Source of the DNA: Octopus bimaculoides
Lineage: Eukaryota
DNA length: 52,809 bases
Assembly (NCBI RefSeq): GCF_001194135.2
Contig: NC_068992.1
Location: 2,685,260-2,738,068, forward strand
Reading direction: 5' to 3'
The notes beneath the pieces were generated by a model. That model worked only from the letters and a program-made list of their open reading frames with translations, was not told the origin of the DNA and did no database searches. Shown here piece by piece: positions 37,109 through 48,987 of this stretch; position 1 is the first letter of the stretch; every line of letters begins with the position of its first letter. The translations under genes and the position numbers were made by a program.

Positions 37109-38601
37109 GACCATGATTTTTTTTTTTAAGTGAGATCAGATATGTATTGTTACTTCTAGATGTGTTACCATCTCTCAAATCTTCCTAATCTTTTCTATAA
37201 TTTCCCTTTAATAAAATCTTCCAATTTTTAAGTATTTATTTATTGAATGAATTCAGACGACTAGAGTTAATTCAATCTTCTCAAAGTCGCTGCTTAAAAA
37301 CTAAAACATATATATTTTTTATTGCATATTTAGTTTAAATGTTGCCTAGTTATCTCTGCTTAGAATGAGCGTTATCTCTATTCCTAGATATCATCCGTTT
37401 GTTAGAGAATCTTGAATTGTTTCACCAAGTGTAAACTAAGATAGAAAGTTATTATGGTGAACTGTTACACCATAGAAAATAAGCTGATAATACATAAATA
37501 ATGAATATTGAATTATACTAGCAGAATACTTTTTTAACTACTAATTACCTACATCTCGTTTAGTAATAGACCATGCAACAGATCCTTGATGCCTTTCACT
37601 AATAGCCTGTTAGTTTCTTTTTTTCTTTTTTTTCCTCCTTTATACCTACACCTATCTTCATAAATAATCTATTAGGATTTTCAATAACTTTTGCCTAATC
37701 TACTTTCGTCTATACTTCCTTTGATGTTTCTTCAGCTAATTCAAAACTCTTCTTCACTGCTCTTGCGTTTTTCTCATTAGTTTACAGTCCATTCCTTGTA
37801 TATACAGAGATGCCATTAGTTTGTAAAGATTTAATGCCACTCACATTAATGTTGTTAATGTTTCTTTTTCTTTTCTTTTTTCTTTCCATTTCTCTTTCTT
37901 TTGTCTCCTTTGCCCTAATTCCTTTAGGCAATAATTTCTACACACCTCACACTTCGAGTGAGTCACTGAATAAATTTTTGATTTTCATTACCTCCAAAGT
38001 TAACCGAAGCTCAATTACAAACACATGAGTCAAAATAACTCAATAATATCTCCGCTACTATCAGGAAATATTGGATCACTTGAGCCAAGAAAACTAAATT
38101 ACTATTGAATCCTGAGCCGACAATAGCCACATTTCAAAGTCGGGTAGAAATTATAATGACAGGAAAATAGAAAAGAAAAAAACACACCCTTCTTTTAATC
38201 TTCTCTTCATACCACTTATTAAATCTGCATAAGAAATAGTCAGACGTATAGGAGGTAGAAGGTTAGAGTTATAGATTATATCAGGTGAAATAAAGAAACT
38301 GAAAGAACTACAAACAATTGAATCGATTGGAATATTCAATATGAGAAAGAAAGAAATGAGATGAACTGAGAGACAAGTGACAGTTACTTTTGCAGTTGAG
38401 TAAGGTTTGTACAGAAAGTATTGTGGTCAATTATTGCAGCATTCAGCACATCTGAATATAAGGAAACTGGAAAAAAATGTCTGCTATTTTCTTTTTGTAT
38501 CTTGTCAATCTAAAGATTTTGTGATAACACACAGACACACACACACACACACACGTATGTATGTATGTGTATATATATATATATATATATANNNNNNNNN
38601 N

Positions 38602-38666
<65 letters not shown>

Positions 38667-38714
38667 CAGCATCATCATTATCTCATCATCATTATTTTAT
38701 GTTTGTTGTCTCAT

Positions 38715-39665
38715 GGTGGACCATGTCGGGTGATTCTTCTCAAGTACATTATTTTCTCTTTATCATTTCCTTCATGAAGTTCAGTTTCTTAAAATCAGTT
38801 TCCATTTCTTCTTCCCATGTCTTATTTATTCTTCTTCTCTCACAGAGTTCTTCCATGTAGGTTACGTTGTACTTCTTTACCCAACTCTCAGCCTCCATAC
38901 CTAACAATGTCTTCATACCAACTCAGTCTTTTCCCTGCCTCTGTGTTCTACTGATTTTTCTCATTTCAAATCTTTCTTTGACACCCTGAGTCTTCTTTCT
39001 TTATTCACACTGTCTTTGAATTTCGTTTAAATCATAAAACTTTCATCTCTGATTGATTTAACACCTTTCATTTCTAGAATTTGCTTCTAAAAATAATCAA
39101 ACAGTTCAGCCACAAGAACTAGTTCATTGGCATACTGAAATTCCAATAGACAGCTGGGTTTAAACTCCTCTGCTATAACCTGAAGAACTATAATAAACAG
39201 AACCAGCTGAGAACCAAACCTTGATTGGTATTTCTTTGCATGCTAAATTCCTCACAGAACTCGTTGTAAACTCACACTTTGCTGAGAGTATCTCTGTAAA
39301 TAGCTCCTCTGGCTCTTAGAAACCAATTCCCCTTCATTTTCTTAGCACCAGACGACAGAGTATGGTCAGAAACCTTCTTCAGATCCAGTGGAAATTAGAC
39401 TTGGTTACTTTTCCTTGGAGCTTCACTTCATCATTTCATTTGGATCAGTTCTTCAGTTGCTCTCCACTCATTTGCTCTCCACTTCAATTGCTCTCCACTC
39501 TGACACACATCTAAATAGCCTATGTTTGATTCTTTTTAAAGCAGATCTTTTCTCTTTGTATCAGTTGACTGCTCATTCTACTTCACTGGATGCTTTCAGA
39601 GTCTCAGTGACCATCACTTATGATCTGGCTGCTTTCTCTGCTGTCATAACCTTGATGATTTCATA
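38715..39665 (-). pseudogene. Decayed RTE LINE reverse transcriptase and C-terminal region
   Basis: Frameshifted minus-strand translation gives DLKKVSDH..., YRDTLSKV*VYNEFCEEF...NQGLVLS, LFIIVLQVIAEEFKPSCLLEFQYANELVLVAE (YADD changed to YANE at 39123-39134), KRLSWY and WVKK...ERRRINKTWEEEMETDFKKLN. Confidence 0.8.
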
Positions 39666-39729
39666 GCTGTTAAAGACAGCGAGCTGGCAGAAACATTAGC
39701 ATGCCGGGCAAAATGACCACACTCAACAG

Positions 39730-39955
39730 GTGTTTTTTACATGCTACTTGCATGGGAGCCAGTCCGGCAGCCCTGGCAACAATCATGCTTGAATGTTGTT
39801 TTCCATGTGCCACTGGCACATGTGTCGGTGAGGTGACGTTGGCAATGATCACACTTAAATGGTGCTTTTTACATGTCACCGGCACAGGAGCCAATCTGTG
39901 GCCCTGGCAACGATCAGACTTGGATGTTCTTTTAATATTCCATGAGTGCCATCTC
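39730..39955 (-). mobile_element. Fragment of the ~66-bp tandem-unit RTE-type UTR
   Basis: Repeated GGTGCTTTTTACATG(T/C)CAC(C/T)GGCAC-like units, the reverse complement of those at 21410-21700. Confidence 0.7.
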
Positions 39956-40684
39956 CAATCAATGTTGATTAAATTAATCACTAATCAACTCATCAACATT
40001 AAATGGTACATTCTTCATCAAGGAAAGATTTGATACTCATAATTACTTCAAACCATTTTCTGTTGAATGGCGAATAAAACAATCTGAAATTATAACTTGC
40101 ATTTGAGGTCATGTGTATTTAACTCACAGTCACTAACATTTATAAAATGCGTGTGTATCAACGTATGTGTTTGTGTATGTGTGTATTTGTATGTCCTTGC
40201 ATGTGTGTGTGTATGTTGTACTGTAAGCTTCCCAATTGATGGCAGTCTCAGGATGTGAGAAGCAGTTAGTGTGAGTTTGTCAATATGTAGGACATTTTCT
40301 CTTGAATGTGTTTCTGCAATCAGTAAAGGAAGTTGAGTAAATAAGAAACAGAGTTACAGTATAATGTATAAATCTTTATTAGGTTCTAAATACATAGAAA
40401 TTAATTATTTTAGGCCAAAACAAATAAACTGAACATCAACAAAACCAGTCTATTGCCAGCAGTTTTCTTTATAATTCAATTATTTTGTTATGGAATTATG
40501 CACAAAGATCACTGGAGAGGTTAGAAGTCTATGATCAAATACCATAATAACCAAAATATAATAATAAATAAATAAAAAGGTAGCTCACAATATCAATAAA
40601 TTCGGAGTATTTATTTTTAAAATATTCCTTCTAAAATCCAATATAAATACATACAGACAGACAGACAGAAAGTCAGAGAGGTAG

Positions 40685-40733
<49 letters not shown>

Positions 40734-40910
40734 GTATATCATGAGTGTAGAAATAGATGTACGACTGCTACTGTTATGTTTTAGAGTTCTGCATAGATTA
40801 TCATAATCCGGTCTGCTTCCTGCATACTGGTTAAGTAACTACAATACTTCATGGTATCACAAGGTATGAGATACAAAGCAAAAGCAGGAGAAAACCATGA
40901 TAAATACAAG

Positions 40911-41102
40911 TTTATATTATTAATTTTTATGTGTTTCACCATTGTGGTTGCTTGGAACCCTGCATTGAGAGTTCCAAATACATTTGGATGCTTAACTAGA
41001 ACAAATTAGAAAATGCATTTTTTTTGCATTAAGATTCAATGCAGGATTCCAAGCAACCATATTGAATCATAACGGTGAAACATACATAAGAACTAATATA
41101 AA
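40911..41102. repeat. Imperfect inverted repeat (~58- and ~67-bp arms, ~67-bp spacer)
   Basis: TTTATATT...TGTTTCACCATTG TGGTTGCTTGGAACCCTGCATTGA (40911-40968) versus TCAATGCAGGATTCCAAGCAACCA...CGGTGAAACATACATAAGAACTAATATAAA (41036-41102). Confidence 0.8.
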
Positions 41103-42132
41103 TTAGTGTTGATTTTAATTTCTTATCAGCTGCCGAACAAATATCATTATGATTTCCACACCAATAATATCACCCTTGCATATCTGTTTTACTGTGATGG
41201 CAAGGATTGGATAGCTCTTTAGCATATCATTCATAATGGTTCTTCCTCCTTTTATGCACACAAGAAAAGGTAAAAAAAAGAGCAACAAACTCTGTTATTG
41301 CATATGTTTTGTTGCTTTTAGAATAGTTTTTGCAGTTGGGTTGAGTACCTCTCTTTTTGCCTTCTATTCTACAAACTGGATATATGCAACCAAACACTCA
41401 GGTGATTGTTGCCGAAAAGATTAGAGTACTTTTCACCTGTGTTTCCATTTGTTTCTAACTTTTATGATTGGTTTTTACAGCTGGATAACCTTCCTTTCAC
41501 CACCTTCCATCCAGTATGTTCTAAGAATGTTTTATCATGCCATGAGCACACTAAAGCAATTGTCCCCATAAAATCTTGAAAATCATCTTTATGGCTCCAC
41601 ATTGGTTCTGTTCTTTCTTACTGTTTTGGGTCAGTCAATTCCCTTCTCTCTCACCAATCATTTTCCCCTTTGCTGAATCACTTTTAACGTAGAGTAACAG
41701 CTCACCTTGATGGTTTACTCTCTCCAAAAGTCTTATGAGAGTCGCTGGTGTGATTAGGTCTGAACTCTTTTCATGTGCTATCGGCCATATTTCGGATATT
41801 CAGTTTCTTAGACAGGCTGCCAGTAAATGGCTTCTTGGTTGTTCTTGTTATAGATTTAAAGTAAATTGCCATATTGCTGTCAGGGAAAGAATGACATTCC
41901 TTACAGGGTACAAGAATCTACAACTCTGGCTAACTTGCAAATTGAAAATTTGCTCCAAATGTTTGCAACAAGACAGACAACATTTCAAACAGTTTTGGAA
42001 AGCCACTCTAAAAAAGTTACAATCCTTCTGACAGACATTCACTCAAATTCTGTCACCCTAAATTTGCTTACGAGTGTTTAGTCAACCCAAGGCTCAAACT
42101 GCCTCACAGGGACATTAGAAAGAACATTTAGT

Positions 42133-42254
42133 TGCTAGAAACCAATGCCAAAATAAACAATGAAGCCTGGTGCAGCCCCTGGCCCTATCAGCTCCTGTCA
42201 AACCGTCCAACCCATGCCAGTACGAAAAACACATTAAACAATGATGATGATGAT
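42133..42254 (+). mobile_element. RTE-type 3' tail fragment
   Basis: GAAACCAATGCCAAAATAAAC...CTCCTGTCAAACCGTCCAACCCATGCCAG...(GAT)n. Confidence 0.75.
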
Positions 42255-43910
42255 AAAAATAAGCTGAAGTTCAGCAGCTTTTTGAGCAAGGGTTTTTGTG
42301 GGTGTGAGCAGAATGAGGGGGTGGGGGATAAGGTTATTGCTATGCACATGAAAGTTCATACTTCTCAACTGATGTCTCTTCTTAATAATAATAACCCATT
42401 GTTATGTAATTCTGATTTCTTTGCTTGGAGTTAAGAACTTAAGAAATGAGAGATGGAGAAGTTCATGATTTTCTCGAGAGAATTATTGAATGAAAGGAGA
42501 ATGCAGTGAAGTGGAAAGTTCTGCATATTATCAAGTTATGGTTTACGGTTCACTGGGAGGAACCATAGTGGTTCTGCAATGCCAAGATTGATTTCTTGTA
42601 GAGTTTGTTTTAGGAAGGAAAATGTCTTTATGTAAAGGTGATGCTTACCTGAGTGGGATGGGGTGGGGCGGAATTTTTGAGGTGATATTTATTGTTCAAA
42701 AATCATTAGTGAAATACGGTGATGTCCTTCATATTTGAACTGGTTGGTTCTGGTGTGGTGGGTGGGGGTGGGGTGGAATTACCAAACTTTTGGACAGTTT
42801 GTTAAAAGCATTTGCACAAAAATTATTCCAGCTTCCCTTTATCAAAATGTTACTCTACATGTATTCCAAAGTTTGCAAATGCTGCTGCTTCTGCTACTAC
42901 TGCTGCTGCTGTTGTTGTTGTTGTTGTTGATGATGATAACCAATCTTCTCATTAGTAAGAATAATTCATGTTTAAGTGGAAAATTTTGCTGAAGTCTCTA
43001 AAAAAAAAAACTGTTTCTTTTTCTACTTAAATGTGAATTCCTATATACTAAATTTGTAATGTTTACTTTTCCATAATAATGTGAGCACTTACATCAGAAA
43101 ATATAAACAAACAGCTTATCAAGAAAAATCATAAAACTCAAGAGAAATTTTCTTTCAAATGTTATCATTTGTTTGGTTACTGGCATAAGATAAACATTAC
43201 CAGTTTCTTTCACTTTGTTGGTGCCAGACTTGAAATTAAAACTAAATGTTATAAAAAGGAGAATAAATAATTACAACTATTTAAAGTACATTAAGAAATC
43301 CCGACTCACCAATAATTACTCCATTCTAAGCTTAAACATTTTCTCCATTCATTTCATTCTTTCTCTTTTTCATTTTTGTTTTTCTTTCGTGCTATCATAA
43401 AAGTCACTGTTTACCATTGAATTTATAAACAGACATCAGAAAATGCTGAAATTTATACCTGCAAGACATTACGTTTAATTGTAGCCAATATGAACAGTAC
43501 TGTAGTGGGTATCATTGATGTATAATGTGTGAAAAGAGGAATCTAAGTTACCAGACAGGTAATGGACAATGGAGACCCTTTACATTAAGTAGAGATAGAT
43601 ATTGAGTAGAGATAGGCATTCGCTTTTCAAAGAACAAGATTTTTCCACTGGAGAAGATCCTAATATTTCAGAGAACTGCTAATAAAAGGAATTTGTATGA
43701 AGATTGCAATGCAGCTTATTTTCGTCTGATAGCCTCCAGTCAAGTTGAATAATGAAACATTATTTTATTATGTTTAAGAATACAATAGTTCTGCCGTTGT
43801 CACTACTATGAACACTGCAAAGAATTGAAGATTTTGGATCTTTCATATTTCCTTGTCATCTTAAGACTGCAGTCATTCATGCATGTGTGTGTGTGTGTGC
43901 TTGTGTCTAT

Positions 43911-43991
<81 letters not shown>

Positions 43992-44119
43992 CTGTGTTCA
44001 TTTTGTGCATTTTCTTTTGTTAGAAATAGAAAAGCATTATCCAAAGTTGAATATTGAGAATTTTTCCAAACATACTGTCAGCCATGATAATTGAGATAAT
44101 TTTTAATATCTATAGATCG

Positions 44120-44165
<46 letters not shown>

Positions 44166-44274
44166 GTATTTTTGTCATTTCAAGACGTGCTAGTCTTCAC
44201 TCACTGAACCGAATGTGATTCTTCCTCCTTTGTAACAGTCTACCTGGAATGCAGTGACTAAAAATATGTTGAAC

Positions 44275-44564
44275 AGAACATGTAGCAGCTTTAGAGTGAC
44301 ATGCTGAGAGGTGGTAGAAGAGGAGGAGGAGTGCAAACTAATAAATGTTGAAAGACACATGTAGCATAGAACATGTAGCAACGACATCGTGGAACATGTA
44401 GCAACTTCAGTGTGACATGCTAGTAGTAGTAGTAGTAATAGGAGGAGGAGGGGTGTAAACTAATAAATGTTGAACACCACTTGTAGCATGGAACATGTAG
44501 CAATTTTAGTGTGACATGCTAGGAGGAGGAGGAGGAGGAGTGTAAACTAATAAATGTGTAGCAT
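44275..44564 (+). repeat. Three ~75-100-bp tandem units, each containing a variable (GAG/TAG)n tract
   Basis: GAACATGTAGCA...GTGACATGCT...GAGGAGGAG..TG(C/T)AAACTAATAAATGT occurs three times. Confidence 0.85.
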
Positions 44565-45219
44565 GATGATGATTGATATTAAACTACCATTTGATCGCAG
44601 GTGTCTTTCCCAGGTAAATAGACCCTTGCTACTTATGCAGAGATACCACCAGGTTTAGATACTCACTCCTGATAACTAACAGCAATCAGATGAAAAACTA
44701 TATTCTCTAGCATAAAAAAAAAGTCTTGTTAACAATCCAGTTAACATTACTTTCAAAAGGAAGAGCTCTTGATAATGCTGCTTAGGGAATTGAACATTAT
44801 CATGCTTCTTGATAATGTCATCTTCTCATCTCTTCTGGTTACATGTAGTTAAGCAATAATATCTGCTTAAAGCTATGAGCCTCCATGAAGGCCCTAGAAG
44901 TTAAGCAAAATAGGTTGTTTTTTTTTCCTCAGACTGACAGAATCATTAGAGAGCTAAGAAAAGTAGTATACATTATTGGGTTAAATATCTTTATGATCTG
45001 AGTTCAAATCCTATCAAAGACCAAACTGCTATACAGCAGTCTGAGATTGGTAACACATGTACCAATNNNNNNNNNNNNNNNNNNNNNNNNNNNNNNNNNN
45101 NNTACCAATGAAGTAATTGAGGGGAATTAATCAACAATTCACCACCATATTGTTTGTGACCTTAAAAAATGTACATTATTTACATTAGATGGATATTGTT
45201 CTTCACCTTGTTTGTTGTT

Positions 45220-45266
45220 AACACAATGTTTCATCTGTTATACCCTCCAGCCTTCATCAGGTGTCT
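45220..45266 (-). ncRNA. Degenerate hammerhead motif (copy B, left arm)
   Basis: Minus strand reads GACAC CTGATGA A GGCTGGAGGGTATAACAGAT GAAACATT GTGTT. The base of stem II and the ACGT palindrome are mutated. Confidence 0.55.
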
Positions 45267-45342
45267 TGGGGAAATTTCAAACCTGGGTTCTCATTCCTAA
45301 CATTTTTCAATGTTGTTATTATTATTATTACTATTATTATTA

Positions 45343-45385
<43 letters not shown>

Positions 45386-45541
45386 CATTATTATTATTAT
45401 TCAGGTCACTGCTTGGAGTCGAACTAGGAATCTTGGGGTAAGTGGAACGTGCTCTTAACCACTACGCCATATGCCCATGGGTGTAGTGGTTAAAAGCATG
45501 GGCAACTAACCCCAAATTCCAAGTTTGATTCCAAGCAGTGA

Positions 45542-45588
<47 letters not shown>

Positions 45589-45685
45589 TAGAAAAATACC
45601 TTAGGAATGANNNNNNNNNNATAATAATAATAATAACATAGAAAAATACCTTAGGAATGAGAACCCAGGTTCGAAATTTCCCCAA

Positions 45686-45731
45686 GACACCTGATGAAGG
45701 CTGAAGGTTATATCAGCCAAAACGTTGTATT
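45686..45731 (+). ncRNA. Degenerate hammerhead motif (copy B, right arm)
   Basis: GACAC CTGATGA A GGCTGAAGGTTATATCAGCC AAAACGTT GTATT. GAAA is changed to AAAA. Confidence 0.6.
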
Positions 45732-46419
45732 AACAACAAACAAGATAAGGACAAATATCCGTCAAATGTAAATAATGTACATAATTCCTCATCTCTTAAA
45801 TATAGAACTGTATCAACAACAGAGTTTTTTTGTTTGTATGTATGTATGTATGTATGTATGTAGGTATCCATCCGTATATGGGTGAGTGACATTTTACAAA
45901 CAATGGCAAATACTGTACTTCATTTCCATATAAAATACAAACAAAAATACATACAATTAGAGAGTCAATTTCAAAAATTTTGTCTGTACAAAAAATATCA
46001 TAGTATATGTCTGTTCCAAAATTTAGTAAAATTTGGTAATAAAGTATGAAAATATAATTTAATATTAAACTCCATTCAGTGTTACAAGAACTGAAATAAA
46101 CAAGCAAAAACAATCCTCAAAGGCCTAATTAAATTTATCTGTCTGGTCAAAAGATGATCAAACCATAATGATGTACAATAGTTATCAATGATCATTTAGT
46201 AAAGTATATTTTGTTTGAAGTTTCACCTTTTCATGGCAGGATTTATTATAATAAAATTCACTTCATATGCTTTAGTTCATTTCCGAAATTATCAAGAATT
46301 TGGAGGTAATGTGAACTTTTGTATTATTTCTCAGCAAATATTTTTTGTATAAAATTATAATGAAAGGTTCTAATTTAAATGTAAAAAAAAAAATTTAAAT
46401 ATGAGATTCTGTCTAATAA

Positions 46420-46810
46420 TGTCACAAGTGGTCTCAAGTGCGTTAGTATTAAAAAAGATCAAAATATAACAAATTTTTAAGACTTCTTTCAGCAAGGAAT
46501 AACAAGGAGTGAATAACAAATCACTCTTTTTTAGCGATAGAGTGATTTTTTATATTACTTTCAAGCCTTTGATTAAAGATTAACTAACTTCTTAATTAGT
46601 TAAGTGGTGATGTTGTTCAATCACTGCTATTTCTTCTTGCAAGCATGGAATAGCCAACCCAACTGATAGTTAAATGGTGATCACAAAAACACAAATTTCA
46701 CAACTTGCCAAGTATACACGGTGATGTCACTCGGCACACTGCCTCATGAAGGTCACTGCTAGCACTCACTGCACATGCAACCATGTGCTGCCATCTATTG
46801 GCCGGCTACA
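46420..46810 (-). mobile_element. Possible LTR downstream of the Gypsy integrase remnant
   Basis: Minus strand starts TGTAGCC at 46810 and a ...TGTGACA end occurs at 46420. It lies 3' of the integrase and has a higher-GC first part. No clear polypurine tract and no second LTR in the window. Confidence 0.3.
46785..46803 (-). promoter_or_regulatory. CTCF-like motif
   Basis: Minus strand GGCCAATAGATGGCAGCAC closely fits the CCASYAGRKGGCRS consensus. Motif match only. Confidence 0.4.
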
Positions 46811-47379
46811 AAACTAGTCTAGATCTTTTTGATACCACTTCATATAACTGTTAGTTTTTCATTCTTCTACCATGGAATAACTGTTCTTGTCTGTCTGCAT
46901 TAATGCCAGTAAAGCTATAGTCATACATAATCCTTTACTGGCAGAAACATCAATCAACTGAATACCAAGCTTGACATTGAAATGATAGTTGCCTTAATTT
47001 ATCTTAACCAGTTTGTCAAATACATGCAAAGCTACCAATATTAGCATAACAATAACATCACATCTTCCAAATGCAGTGTCTAATTTCTTTTGTAATTCAA
47101 GAACTGCATCTAACACATTTGTTCCTGCATCAGTTATCAAATCACAGCCTTTATTAATAGAATTTGGAATATCATTCCAAGCTTCAGGGAGTCTTTGTGC
47201 AGTTTATTCCCAAGCATTATCTGTGCTATTGCTTATTGGATCTGCAGGCGCTAACAGACCCTGTTATGTCTGAAGATTACAGCTGCATTATTTACTGCTT
47301 GAATTATAAACTATGTTTGTGGTTTTTATCATTTCTTCTGCATCAACACGAAACTGAGATTATAATTTCATAAGACTTT

Positions 47380-47945
47380 ATTCCTGTTGATTATATTTGA
47401 ATCTATCAAAGTAAATGGATTAAAATGTTTTCTTTAGTTAGGAATTCTTCATGAACTCAAAAGCATAAAATTTAAAGATGTAGTAATAGAACTTTTACTT
47501 CCTCAATATGCTTTTAAACTAATTTTAGCACTTTTGACCCATTCTTTCAGTAATTCTATTAGATTCTGCATGATATAGAGGCATTTTCAGAGGTTTACAT
47601 CCTAAATTATCAAGTCATCATCTTACACCCAATCTTCTCAAGTTGTTATCACGAATTTCCTGTTGTCAGACATGAATATTTCTAGAATACCATCTTTGAC
47701 AGCTTGGTTCTTAAAACCAGATAAACTGTGTTGGTTTCTCCATTATTTCGGTCCACAAGTCCTGCCTGGCAGGCACCGTCTAAAGTAATTCTGGTTTTGT
47801 TGCTGCACATAACAAATATCTTACATGTCATTCCATGTCTTCGCAGTAACCTTCCCATCATGCATCTAATTTCCATCGGTTCCTTGTTGCCGTTGAACCA
47901 CAATGTCCAATATTTTTCTCAAAACAGGTTATGCAACTTTTAACC
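47380..47945 (-). pseudogene. Decayed Ty3/Gypsy integrase
   Basis: Minus strand gives VLRKIL...QG / RCMM.RLLRRHGM..I...CS (zinc-finger region remnant), DGILEIFMSDNRKF (47653-47694, compare GIPE.IVSDNG.QF) and GCKPLKMPLYHAESNRITERMGQ (47534-47602, compare TPPYHPQSNG.AER). Many stops and frameshifts. Confidence 0.75.
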
Positions 47946-48047
47946 GAAATTCTTCATTACAAAAGAAATGATATCTTAAACTGTTAACTCACTTTTCAAT
48001 AGCATAAGTGAACTTTAAGCAACAAAACAATCACTCTAATTATTATT

Positions 48048-48253
48048 GGTTTCAAATTTTGGCACAAGGCCAGCAATTTTGGAGTAGGTGGAAAGTCAAT
48101 TACATCAACCCTAGTGTACAACTGGTATTTATTTCATTGACCACAAAAGGATGAAAGGCAAAGGACCTCACTGAAATTTGAACTCGGAACATAAAGACAA
48201 ACAAAATGCAACTATTTTGCCTGACATACTAAAGCTTCTGCCAACTTGCCACC
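48048..48253 (-). mobile_element. SINE group A
   Basis: Head-to-tail match to the other copies. Confidence 0.8.
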
Positions 48254-48582
48254 ATAATTACTCTAATTACTCTAATTATTAATAAAATCATTTATAATAT
48301 ATCAAATAAAATTTTGTTGTTTGCAATCTCCAAATTTACACTTCATAATTCATAACATCAAGGAGAAAAATCATCATTATAATTACATTTATTCAATCAT
48401 AATTAAGCAGAAACATGTGACATAAAACTTCTCATTTGAAAAATCCATGAAGATATTACTTCTGCTTAACCATAATTTTTGTTGGAGCAAATATCCTACT
48501 GGTTTATATTATAAGACCAAAATGTCATGTTCTTCAGGTAAACCATATAAATGTCAAGAATTTCTTAATATTTAAGGAACAT

Positions 48583-48724
48583 AATGTGGCAAACTGGCAG
48601 AATTGTTAGCACATCAGGCAAAATGCTGTGTAGTTTGTCTGTCATTATGTTCTTAGTTCAAATTTTACTGAGGTCAACTTTATTTTACCTCTGGAATTGC
48701 TGGTCTTGTACCAAAATTTGAAAC
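48583..48724 (+). mobile_element. SINE group A with internal deletion of the core
   Basis: The head ...GTTCAAATTTTACTGAGGTCAACTTT is joined almost directly to the tail GCTGGTCTTGTACCAAAATTTGAAACC. Confidence 0.7.
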
Positions 48725-48768
48725 CGATATTTAAGGAAATTGTTTCAACTGTGGTTAGTGCTCTTGGC

Positions 48769-48800
<32 letters not shown>

Positions 48801-48801
<1 letters not shown>

Positions 48802-48987
48802 CCTTTCTACTGTAGGCACAAGGCCTGAAGTTTTAGAGGAGGGGAACGTCAATTACATCGACCCAAGTATTTCACTGGTACTTAATTTATCGATCCCAGA
48901 AAGATGAAAGGCAAAGTCAACTTTGGCTGATGAAATGCCACTAAGCATTTTGCTCAGCATGCTAATGATTCTGCCAGCTCACCACCT
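48801..48987 (-). mobile_element. SINE group A with a short internal deletion
   Basis: Core and head are present. The B-box region between AAAGTCAACTTTGGC and TGATGAAATG is missing. Confidence 0.8.

Larger units (their letters stand above)
45169..45810. mobile_element. Palindromic twin element, copy B
   Basis: Same arm sequence as copy A in inverted arrangement around ~45476, with longer (AAT)n spacers. The right end is ...CTTAAATATAGAACTG followed by TA. Contains a 10-N gap with a 40-bp duplicated flank (45571-45610 and 45621-45660). Confidence 0.9.

Noticed and set aside
41450-41900. Possible highly decayed RTE 3' end on the minus strand
   Set aside because: Only the short GGAAGG.TATCCAGCTGTAAAAACC match supports it. 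Too degenerate to call.
46826-46838. TGGTATCA on the minus strand, resembling a tRNA-Met primer-binding site
   Set aside because: It lies 3' of the integrase, the wrong side for a PBS, and the match is short.
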